Positions 56,200-64,000 of a stretch of 64,000 bases of DNA are shown here, piece by piece (the first letter of the stretch is position 1; every line of letters begins with the position of its first letter). The position numbers and the translations under genes were made by a program. Under the pieces are notes generated by a model. It had not been told where the DNA came from, searched no databases, and saw only the letters and a list, made by a program, of their open reading frames with translations. This DNA comes from Candidatus Nomurabacteria bacterium GW2011_GWE1_32_28. GTDB lineage: Bacteria; Patescibacteriota; Minisyncoccia; Phycocordibacterales; UBA9973. The stretch covers positions 111,833-175,832 of the forward strand of contig LBOM01000003.1 in the NCBI GenBank assembly GCA_000989515.1, in the 5' to 3' direction.

Positions 56200-58344
56200 A
56201 TGCAAAAAAAAGAGTATTCGGTAGAGATAGGTGGTAAGATATTAACCGCTATTTTCTCAAATTTAGCAGAACAAGCACATGGTTCAGTAATTTTAAAATA
56301 TGGTGAGACTATTGTGCTCGCTACGGCTTGTATGTCTAAAGACAGACAAGATGGTTTAGGGTTTTTTAATTTAACAGTAGATTATTTAGAAAAATATTAT
56401 GCTGTTGGAAAAATTTTAGGTTCTAGGTTTATGCACAGAGAAGGTAAACCATCAGAGGATGCAGTGCTCGCTTGTCGAGTAATAGACAGGACACTACGTC
56501 CACTTTTTGATCAGTCCATGCGTCATGCAGTGCAGATAATAGTTTCTGTCCTATCCTTAGACCAGGAAGATCCTACTATTTTGGCTGTGAATGCAGCTTC
56601 TCTTGCTCTTGCTGTCTCTGATATTCCTTGGGCAGGTCCTGTAGGAGCTGTACGTATTGGTAAATATGATAGTGATATTTTAACAGTGAGTCCCGCACAG
56701 AGTCTGAGAGAAGATGATTCTAAATATAAATTTGATCTTACTATTTGTGGAAAGGGTGGCAATATAAACATGATTGAAGCTGCTTCTCATCAGGTAAGAG
56801 AAGAAGAATTAGAAGAAGCATTTAAAAAAGCAAGTGAAGAAATAACAAAATTAGAAGATTTTCAAAAAAAGATAGTTGCAGAAATAGGTATCCCTAAAAG
56901 AGTAATAGAAAAAGAAAAGATAAGTGAAGAATCTATAAAATTATTTAATGAAAATATTTTGCCTAAAATGGAAGGAGCTTTGTTTTATGGTGTTGGTAAA
57001 AAGAAAATAGACGAATTACATAGTATTTGGAATAAAATGGTAAAGGATAATTATCCAGATAGGAAAGATTTTTCTCCTGAAGATGATCTTTTTGATAATA
57101 CAGAAAACGAAATGTTGCATAAAAAAGCTATTGATGAAGATAAGCGTGCTGATGGTAGAAAAATGGATGAACTTCGTGATCTATATGCTCAAGCTGGAGG
57201 ACTTTCTTCTATATTGCATGGTAGTGGGATTTTTTATCGTGGTGGAACACATGTACTTTCTGTTCTTACTCTTGGTGGTCCAGAGGATAAACTTTTGATA
57301 GATGGAATGGAAGCAAAAGAAGAAAAAAGATTTATGCATCATTATAATTTTCCTCCTTACTCAGGTGGTGAAGTCGGACGTACCGGTAATACTAATCGTA
57401 GAGAAGTAGGACATGGTGCTCTTGCTGAAAAAGCCTTGGCGATGGTACTGCCCTCTGTGGAAGAATTTCCTTATACTATGCGTTTAGTTTCTGAATCTAT
57501 GGCTTCCAATGGTTCTACCTCTCAAGCTTCTATTTGTGCTTCTGTTCTTGCACTTATGGATGGTGGAGTACCAATAAAAGCACCAGTTGGTGGTATTGCT
57601 ATGGGACTTATGATGGAATCAATTACGAATGAGCAATTACGAATTACGAAAGAACCTAGATACAAAATACTTACAGACATACAAGGACCAGAAGACCATC
57701 ATGGTGATATGGATTTTAAAGTTGCTGGTACAAGAGAAGGAGTGACAGCTATTCAACTTGATGTAAAAGTGGAAGGAGTACCAATAAAAATATTAGCTGA
57801 AGCTATGATTCAAGCTAAAATTGCAAGACTTGCTATTATAGATAGAATTGAAAAAGAAATTCCAAAAGCTAGAACTGAAATTTCTAAAAATGCCCCAAAG
57901 ATTTTAATTATAAAAATTAAGCCAGACCAAATAGGTATGGTTATAGGTGGAGGTGGAAAAACTATTAAAGATATAAAAGAAAGAACTGGTGCTGAAATAA
58001 CTATTGAAGATGATGGAACGGTATATCTAACAGGAAAAGATGATAAGGCAGAAATGGCAAAGAAAATAATTGAAGAAATGACACATGAATTTAATATTGG
58101 AGAAATTCTAAAAGGTGAAGTTGTAAGAATTGCAGATTTTGGAGCTTTCGTGAGACTTAATCCTTTTACTGATGGTATGGTTCATATTTCTGAAATGGCA
58201 CCATTTCGCGTAGAAAGAGTTAGTGATATTATAAAGGAAGGTATGATAGTGCCTGTGAAGATTTTGAAAGTTGATAGAGAGCAAGGCAAAATAAGTTTGT
58301 CTATCAAAGAAGCAGATAAAGATTTCTTCGCACCTAAAAAGTAA
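56200..58344 (+). CDS. pnp: Polynucleotide phosphorylase
   Basis: 714 aa. Two RNase PH domains, KH (IGMVIGGGGKTIK) and S1 (GEVVRIADFGAFVRL). It carries an in-frame heptad repeat at 57619-57650 encoding ESITNEQLRITKE. Confidence 0.95.
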   Translation: MQKKEYSVEIGGKILTAIFSNLAEQAHGSVILKYGETIVLATACMSKDRQDGLGFFNLTVDYLEKYYAVGKILGSRFMHREGKPSEDAVLACRVIDRTLRPLFDQSMRHAVQIIVSVLSLDQEDPTILAVNAASLALAVSDIPWAGPVGAVRIGKYDSDILTVSPAQSLREDDSKYKFDLTICGKGGNINMIEAASHQVREEELEEAFKKASEEITKLEDFQKKIVAEIGIPKRVIEKEKISEESIKLFNENILPKMEGALFYGVGKKKIDELHSIWNKMVKDNYPDRKDFSPEDDLFDNTENEMLHKKAIDEDKRADGRKMDELRDLYAQAGGLSSILHGSGIFYRGGTHVLSVLTLGGPEDKLLIDGMEAKEEKRFMHHYNFPPYSGGEVGRTGNTNRREVGHGALAEKALAMVLPSVEEFPYTMRLVSESMASNGSTSQASICASVLALMDGGVPIKAPVGGIAMGLMMESITNEQLRITKEPRYKILTDIQGPEDHHGDMDFKVAGTREGVTAIQLDVKVEGVPIKILAEAMIQAKIARLAIIDRIEKEIPKARTEISKNAPKILIIKIKPDQIGMVIGGGGKTIKDIKERTGAEITIEDDGTVYLTGKDDKAEMAKKIIEEMTHEFNIGEILKGEVVRIADFGAFVRLNPFTDGMVHISEMAPFRVERVSDIIKEGMIVPVKILKVDREQGKISLSIKEADKDFFAPKK
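57619..57650 (+). repeat. Heptad repeat (AATTACG orientation), in-frame in pnp
   Basis: tcaattacgaatgagcaattacgaattacgaa. Confidence 0.8.
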
Positions 58345-58387
58345 TTATATTTACTAAATATATTCACAAGTTGAACTTGCCTGAGTT

Positions 58388-59305
58388 TTGGGTTTTTTGA
58401 GTAAATTTTCTATAAATGTTAAAATAAACAAAATGGAAAGTGATAACAAATTAAAAAATAAAAATGTAGAAACTTTTGCTGGAGATATGGTGAAAGCTAT
58501 AGAAAGCGATAGGGGTGGATTAATTAAAAAAATAATTCAGGAAGAAGAAAAAAAAGAAGCTCAAAAGAAAAATTTATCTCCAAAATCAGCTCAGAATAAA
58601 ACTTTCTTGATTGTAGGTTTTTTACTTTTAATAATAACCTTTTTAATTTTGATATTTTTGTTTGTTTTTAATAAAAATGTTGGTACAGCATTAATCCCAT
58701 TACAACATACTTCAGTTATTTTTACTGATCAAACAATTTTTAAGGAGATTGATAGTTTGTCAAAAGACAAGATAGCGAATGTCGTTCTGAATGAAAAAAA
58801 TAATACTAAAACAAAGATTGGAGGTATTGAAAGTATTTATCTTACAGAAAATAAAAAAGTTATAGATTTTAGTAGATTTATCTTGCTTATAAAAGGTAGT
58901 TTAAATTCTGACCAACTTCGTCTTTTTTATGATAATTTTTTGCTTGGTATATTTAAAAGTGGTTTAAACTCTTCTTCTCCTGATGCAGGAGATTTATTTA
59001 TTTTATTAAAGGTCAAATCTTTTACTGATATATTTCCCATAATGCAGGTCTGGGAAAATAAAATGTTGTATGATTTCTATGAGTTTTTTGAAATAAAAAT
59101 TTCTCCAGAAACTAATTATTTGTTTACCAAAGATTGGGAAGAAGATATTGTTAGTAATAAAAATGCACGAATTCTTAGAGATAATACTGGAAAAATTATT
59201 TTGATGTATGTATATGCTGATGATAATTCTATTATTGTAACTGATTCAGAAAATGCAATAAACGAAGTAGTTTTAAGGCTTAATTCTAGTAAGATAAAGA
59301 AATAA
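58388..59305 (+). CDS. Hypothetical single-TM membrane protein
   Basis: 305 aa with TM FLIVGFLLLIITFLILIFLFVF. The start may be the internal Met at 58433. Confidence 0.45.
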   Translation: MGFLSKFSINVKINKMESDNKLKNKNVETFAGDMVKAIESDRGGLIKKIIQEEEKKEAQKKNLSPKSAQNKTFLIVGFLLLIITFLILIFLFVFNKNVGTALIPLQHTSVIFTDQTIFKEIDSLSKDKIANVVLNEKNNTKTKIGGIESIYLTENKKVIDFSRFILLIKGSLNSDQLRLFYDNFLLGIFKSGLNSSSPDAGDLFILLKVKSFTDIFPIMQVWENKMLYDFYEFFEIKISPETNYLFTKDWEEDIVSNKNARILRDNTGKIILMYVYADDNSIIVTDSENAINEVVLRLNSSKIKK

Positions 59306-59375
59306 AAATAATGGAAAAAGGTCTTTTCTTGAAGAGTATCCGCCAGCTGGTGGAGATGGGAAAAAGAAAGACCTT

Positions 59376-62156
59376 GTGGAGTTTGTGTGGTATTATTTAT
59401 TTATGGATAAAGAGCTTGTAAAACAGAATGTTCAAAAACTTGTAGAAAAATATGAAATTGTAAAGAGAGATGGAAAATTAAGAACTTATTCCGAAGAGGA
59501 TACGATTCAAGGATTTGTTTTACCTCTTCTTGAAATACTTGGTTGGAATATTAGAGATAAAAACGAAGTTTCTTCTCAAGATCATATAAAAGGTTCTGGT
59601 AGACCTGATCACACACTTAAAATAAATGGAATAACTCAATTTTACTTAGAATCAAAAAAACTCAGTGTTGATTTAGATGACGAAATATTTTCAAAACAAG
59701 TAATAAATTATTCTTGGAATACTGGTGTAACCTATGCTATTTTAACTGATTTTGAAAGTATTAAGGTTTTTAATGCACAAAGAATAGATAAGACTGATTT
59801 AATGGACAAACTTGTTTTTGAACTTTCTTATAATAAATACGTTTCAGATTTTGAAATTTTATGGCTTCTATCAAAAGAATCTTTTCAAAAGAAAACTTTA
59901 GATGAATATGCTGAAAAAATTGGGAAAAAAGAAAAATCTGTGCAAGTTTCCACTGTTATAAAAAAAATTAATGAGGATATTCAAGATTGTAGAGAATGGC
60001 TCACTAACGAATTTAAAACTTGGAATGAAAAGCTAAATCTTTCAAAAGATATGATTGATGAAGGAGTACAAAAACTCTTAGATAGGTTAATTTTTCTTCG
60101 TGTTGCCGAAGATAGAGAGGTAGAACCAAATATTTTAAAAAATTTATTGAGAGAAGCTGAAAAAAGTAAAAGTTATAAGCCATTTCAGGCGATGTCTATA
60201 ATTTTTAGAGAGTTAGATAAAATTTATAACTCTAATCTTTTTTCACCTCATCCTTTCGAAAGTTGGGAAATAGTAGATGACAAAGGATTTGAAAAAATGA
60301 TAGAAAAACTTTATGGCAAGAAAGGTCAATATGAATATAATTTTAAAGAAATGCCCGCTGATGTACTAGGGACTGTTTATGAAAATTATTTAAATTATAA
60401 ACTTACTCAATCAAAAAAAGGTGTAAATGTTGAAAAAGATGTTAAAAAAAGAAAAGAGCAGGGAATTTTTTATACTCCCACTTTTGTGGTGGATTATATT
60501 GTTAGAAATGCGTTAAAACCAGTTTTAGATAATTGCAAAAGTGTGGCTGACCTGAAAAAGATAAAGGTATTAGATCCTGCTTGTGGTTCTGGGTCTTTTC
60601 TTATTAGAGCACTTGAAGCTATCACAGAAAAGTATAAAGAATTTGGAATTGATGGATCTGTAAAAAGACAAATAATTTTAGAAAATCTTTTTGGTGTTGA
60701 TTTAGATATGCAAGCAGTAGAGATTGCTCGTCTTAATTTACTTATCAATTCTCTTGATTTAAAAGAAATTTTACCAAAATTAAATAATAATATAAAAAAT
60801 GGAAATTCTCTAATTTCTGGAACTGATGAAGAAATGGAAAAACAATTTGGCAAAAATTGGAAAGATAAAAAACCATTCAATTGGCAAGAAGAATTTCCTG
60901 ATGTGTTCAAACAGGGTGGTTTTGATGTAATTATCGGTAATCCTCCTTATGTTAGGCAAGAAGAAATAAAAGAAGACAAAGAAATATTTTCACAACTTTT
61001 TCCAAATGTGGCGAATGGTACCGCTGATTTGTATGTTTATTTTTTTGAAAGAGCGATACAACTATTAAAAAATAGTGGATATCTAGGTTTTATCATTTCA
61101 AATAAATTTATAAAAGCTGGATATGGGAAGAATTTAAGGAAATATTTAAAAGAAAGTTTGAGTATTAAACAACTAATTGATCAATTTAATAAAAAGGTTT
61201 TTGAAGATGCAGTTGTTGATCCTTGTACGATTATAATTAAGAAAGAAAAACCACTAAAAAATAGCCATATTTTATACAATTATGAAACAAATATTCTACA
61301 AGCTAATCTTAATGAAAGTGGATGGACTTTTGCAAATGAAGAATCTTTAGATTTAAAAAGTAAAATTGAAGAAAAAGGTAAAAAAATAAAAGATTGGGAG
61401 GGGGTCAATATAAGAAGAGGAATTGTTACAGGATTAAATGAAGCTTTTATATTAAATTTAGACAACAAAGAGAGGTTTATTGAAGAAGATAAAAATTGTG
61501 ATGTTTTAATAAAACCTTTATTAGCTGGAAGAAACATAAAAAGGTATCTTGCTGGTTTTGATAATAAATTTTTGTTAAAAATTATTCAAGGGAGCAATAT
61601 TGATGATTGTGAACCTATAAAAAATCACTTATTAAAGTTTAAAGATGAATTGTCTGAACGATGGGAACCAAAAAATGGAAAAATAAAATGGTTTGAGTTA
61701 AGGTCATGTGTTTACTATGAAGAATTTGAAAAACCAAAAATAATTTATCCTGATATATCTGATACTGGTGGTTTTTATTGGGACGATGAAGGATATTTTT
61801 TAAATAATACTATATATATGATTACTGGTAATATTAAAAAATCATGGGTTGGTTTATTAAATTCTAGATTAATTAGTTGGTATTATAAAAAGATAGCTTC
61901 TGGCCTTGGTGAAGGAGGAGTGAGATATTTCACTCAATTTGTTAAAGAATTACCAATTCCAGAAAATACTGAATCATTAGATAATTTGACTCAAAAAATG
62001 CTTGATTTAAATAAAGAATTAAAAAAAATATTAGAAAACTCAAATGAATGGGAAAATATAAAATCTGAAATTGAAAAAACTGATAAAAAGATTAATGAAG
62101 AAGTTTATGGTCTTTATGGATTAAATGAAAAAGAAATAAAAATTATAGAGAAATAA
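59376..62156 (+). CDS. Type IIG/IIL restriction-modification fusion enzyme (MmeI-like: N-terminal PD-(D/E)xK nuclease, gamma-class N6-adenine methyltransferase, C-terminal target-recognition domain)
   Basis: 926 aa. N-terminal ...GRPDHTL...FYLESKKL (D...ExK). MTase motif I VLDPACGSGSFL and motif IV IIGNPPYV. Size and architecture match single-chain MmeI-family enzymes. Confidence 0.7.
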   Translation: MEFVWYYLFMDKELVKQNVQKLVEKYEIVKRDGKLRTYSEEDTIQGFVLPLLEILGWNIRDKNEVSSQDHIKGSGRPDHTLKINGITQFYLESKKLSVDLDDEIFSKQVINYSWNTGVTYAILTDFESIKVFNAQRIDKTDLMDKLVFELSYNKYVSDFEILWLLSKESFQKKTLDEYAEKIGKKEKSVQVSTVIKKINEDIQDCREWLTNEFKTWNEKLNLSKDMIDEGVQKLLDRLIFLRVAEDREVEPNILKNLLREAEKSKSYKPFQAMSIIFRELDKIYNSNLFSPHPFESWEIVDDKGFEKMIEKLYGKKGQYEYNFKEMPADVLGTVYENYLNYKLTQSKKGVNVEKDVKKRKEQGIFYTPTFVVDYIVRNALKPVLDNCKSVADLKKIKVLDPACGSGSFLIRALEAITEKYKEFGIDGSVKRQIILENLFGVDLDMQAVEIARLNLLINSLDLKEILPKLNNNIKNGNSLISGTDEEMEKQFGKNWKDKKPFNWQEEFPDVFKQGGFDVIIGNPPYVRQEEIKEDKEIFSQLFPNVANGTADLYVYFFERAIQLLKNSGYLGFIISNKFIKAGYGKNLRKYLKESLSIKQLIDQFNKKVFEDAVVDPCTIIIKKEKPLKNSHILYNYETNILQANLNESGWTFANEESLDLKSKIEEKGKKIKDWEGVNIRRGIVTGLNEAFILNLDNKERFIEEDKNCDVLIKPLLAGRNIKRYLAGFDNKFLLKIIQGSNIDDCEPIKNHLLKFKDELSERWEPKNGKIKWFELRSCVYYEEFEKPKIIYPDISDTGGFYWDDEGYFLNNTIYMITGNIKKSWVGLLNSRLISWYYKKIASGLGEGGVRYFTQFVKELPIPENTESLDNLTQKMLDLNKELKKILENSNEWENIKSEIEKTDKKINEEVYGLYGLNEKEIKIIEK

Positions 62157-62222
62157 TTAAAGTATTATTTGAGACAGATAAATTAATGAAAAAAATTGAT
62201 GAAATTGAGGTATAATAGATTT

Positions 62223-63065
62223 ATGAAAACTGAAATAATAAAATCACTTTTAAATAAATTTGAATCTTGTGCCCACAAAACGGATCAAGGGATAGAATTT
62301 TGGTTGGCAAGAGACTTGCAACAACTTTTAGGTTATACAAAATGGGATAATTTTTTAGCTGTTATTTCAAAGGCTAAAATATCTTGTGAAGTAATGGAAC
62401 ATAAGGTATTAGACCATTTTGCTGATGTCGGGAAAATGGTCAAAATAGGATCTGAAAGTGAAAGAGAAATAGACGATATAATGCTTACAAGACTTGCTTG
62501 TTATTTTGTTGCTCAGAACGGAGATTCTAGAAAAGAAGAAATTGTTTTTGCAAAAAATTATTTTGCTGTTCAAGCTAGGAAGTTTGAAATAATTGAAAAA
62601 AGAATACAAGAGTTTGAAAGAGTTAGAGCTAGACATAAATTAATTGAAACAGAAAAAGAATTATCTAGTGTTATTTATCAACAAACAAAAAATGATAAAA
62701 ACTTCGGATTAATTCGTAGTAAAGGAGATAAGGCTTTGTTTGGATATACAACTCAAGAAATGAAAAGTCGGTTAAAAATTCCCGATAATCGTGCTTTGGC
62801 AGATTTTCAACCAACTATTTTATTGAAAGCTAAAGACTTTGCAACAGAAATAACAATTTTTAATACAAAAAATAAAGAATTAAAAACTGAACAAGCAATC
62901 TCGGAAGAACACATTATAAATAATAGAAGTGTCAGAAAAACTTTGATTAGTCGTGGTATCCGTCCAGAAAATTTACCAATAGAAGAAGATATTAAAAAAA
63001 TTGAAAGAAAAATTGAATCTGAAAATAAAAAAAGTTTAAAAAAGCCGGATAAATTAGAAAAGTGA
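62223..63065 (+). CDS. dinD: DNA-damage-inducible protein D (DinD, Bro-N family)
   Basis: EFWLARDLQQLLGYTKWDNFLAVISKA and LTRLACYFVAQNGDSRKEEIVFAKNYFAVQARKFEI align with the E. coli DinD blocks (EFWSARELAPLLDYRDWRNFQKVLARA; LSRYACYLVVQNGDPAKP...TYFAIQTRRQEL). The start is taken at the ATG 7 nt after TATAAT. The ORF-track start is at 62196. Confidence 0.8.
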   Translation: MKTEIIKSLLNKFESCAHKTDQGIEFWLARDLQQLLGYTKWDNFLAVISKAKISCEVMEHKVLDHFADVGKMVKIGSESEREIDDIMLTRLACYFVAQNGDSRKEEIVFAKNYFAVQARKFEIIEKRIQEFERVRARHKLIETEKELSSVIYQQTKNDKNFGLIRSKGDKALFGYTTQEMKSRLKIPDNRALADFQPTILLKAKDFATEITIFNTKNKELKTEQAISEEHIINNRSVRKTLISRGIRPENLPIEEDIKKIERKIESENKKSLKKPDKLEK

Positions 63066-63102
63066 TAGTTTCAGTTGCCTTTTTAATTGAAAGTGTTAGT
63101 AT

Positions 63103-63465
63103 TTGTGTATGTTAGATAAGAAAAAAATTAAAGAAAAGTTGGAGAAAGAGAGAGATATGCTTCTTGGGCAGATTCGTGATATTGGAAAATTAAATCCTGA
63201 GACAAATGAATGGGAAGCAATTCCAGAAGAAAGAGATTGTAGAGAATCAGATCAAAATGATATGGCTGATAGATTTGAAGATTTTGAAGCTAGAAGTACT
63301 ATGATAAAAGTTTTAGAAACTAGATTAAATAACATTTTGGGTTCGCTTGATGGATTAAATAAAGTATCTTTTGGTAAATGTGAGGTATGTAAAAAAGATA
63401 TTGAGATGGCTCGCATGGAAGTTAACCCTGCTGCAAAAACATGCAAAAAGCATTTGAATAATTAG
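63103..63465 (+). CDS. DksA/TraR-family C4 zinc-finger protein
   Basis: 120 aa. N-terminal coiled-coil, acidic tip (EERDCRESDQND) and C-terminal CEVCKKDIEMARMEVNPAAKTCKKH. Confidence 0.65.
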   Translation: MCMLDKKKIKEKLEKERDMLLGQIRDIGKLNPETNEWEAIPEERDCRESDQNDMADRFEDFEARSTMIKVLETRLNNILGSLDGLNKVSFGKCEVCKKDIEMARMEVNPAAKTCKKHLNN

Positions 63466-63587
63466 TATAAGAATATCTAAAACAAACTACAAAATTCAAA
63501 AAATTTTTAAGCCTTCATCCCTAGAGCAAGAAGGACAGGGGACCCGTGACTTTAAAAATTTTTTAATCTTATGGTTTCTATAAAATT

Positions 63588-64000
63588 ATGAGTTTTGCAA
63601 AAGTTTATTCAGCACAAGTAAATCTTCTATATGGACAAATTGTAACGGTTGAAGTTGATTTGTCGAAGGGTATGCATACATTTAATGTGGTGGGTCTTCC
63701 TGATAAGGCAGTAGATGAATCTAAAGACAGGGTAAGTTCAGCTATTAAAAATTCTGGTTTTAAATCACCTAAAGCTAAGAATCAAAAGATAATAGTTTCA
63801 CTTTCACCTGCTGATCTTAAAAAAGAAGGGCCATTTTTTGATCTTGCTATTGCTCTTGCCTATATGCTTGCATCTAATTATTTAAAATTTAATCCAGAGA
63901 AAAAGATTTTTTTAGGTGAGCTTGGACTTGATGGAACATTACGATGTATTAGGGGTGCATTGCCTCTTGTAATGGAAGCTAAACGTGCTGGATATGAAGA
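63588..64000 (+). CDS. comM: YifB/ComM-family Mg-chelatase-like ATPase (N-terminal part, runs off window end)
   Basis: MSFAKVYSAQVNLLYGQIVTVEVDLSKGMHTFNVVGLPDKAVDESKDRV...LSPADLKKEGPFFDLAIALA is the ComM/YifB N-terminal Lon-like domain. Confidence 0.8.
   Translation, partial: MSFAKVYSAQVNLLYGQIVTVEVDLSKGMHTFNVVGLPDKAVDESKDRVSSAIKNSGFKSPKAKNQKIIVSLSPADLKKEGPFFDLAIALAYMLASNYLKFNPEKKIFLGELGLDGTLRCIRGALPLVMEAKRAGYE

Overview
This is a 64 kb window from a visibly AT-rich, gene-dense bacterial chromosome. All genes read in the standard genetic code and no in-frame UGA recoding is seen. The gene content and style suggest a reduced genome, possibly a Patescibacteria/CPR-type organism. Supporting features are a short YidC, tRNA genes without an encoded CCA placed next to a cca gene, many leaderless-looking starts, and a minimal T4SS-like cluster. 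This organism call is inference only.

Recognisable core genes: the window holds the chromosomal origin region, rpmH-rnpA-yidD-yidC-jag followed by dnaA-dnaN on the opposite strand with an AT-rich intergenic oriC candidate. DNA repair and replication genes are uvrA (partial), uvrB, polA, holA-like, ruvB-yebC-ruvC, uvrD/pcrA, xth and xerD. Other housekeeping genes are tyrS, a class A PBP, pilB/gspE ATPase, ksgA, cca, murI, rpsO, pnp, a LysM-M23 peptidase and yraN. There are five tRNA genes plus one tRNA 5' fragment.

Accessory content:
- An 18.5 kb minus-strand island (22.7-41.2 kb) lies between jag and ksgA. It encodes secreted and membrane proteins including a split VirB4 ATPase, a VirB3-like protein, a protein with a TrbC/VirB2-pilin-like TM hairpin and a C-terminal SLT (VirB1-like) domain, a VirB6-like polytopic protein, an Avd-like four-helix-bundle protein and a Bro-N/DinD protein.
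- A smaller islet (58.4-63.5 kb) carries a MmeI-like Type IIG RM fusion, a second DinD paralog and a TraR/DksA zinc-finger protein.

The most unusual signal is several families of short repeats that occur in intergenic regions and also as in-frame insertions in essential genes:
- An (AATTCGT)n heptad tandem repeat occurs in the intergenic regions and genes listed as repeat features, including polA, ksgA, pnp and several island ORFs.
- A 65-70 nt GC-rich element sits in-frame in uvrA, polA and cca and encodes ...[11 protein letters not shown]....
- A second GC-rich element sits in uvrB and uvrD.
- Perfect GC-rich palindromes sit inside polA and ksgA.
- An element shared by a murI insertion and an intergenic hairpin lies upstream of rpsO.

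This resembles Rickettsia palindromic elements (RPE), short palindromic repeats that invade ORFs in frame.
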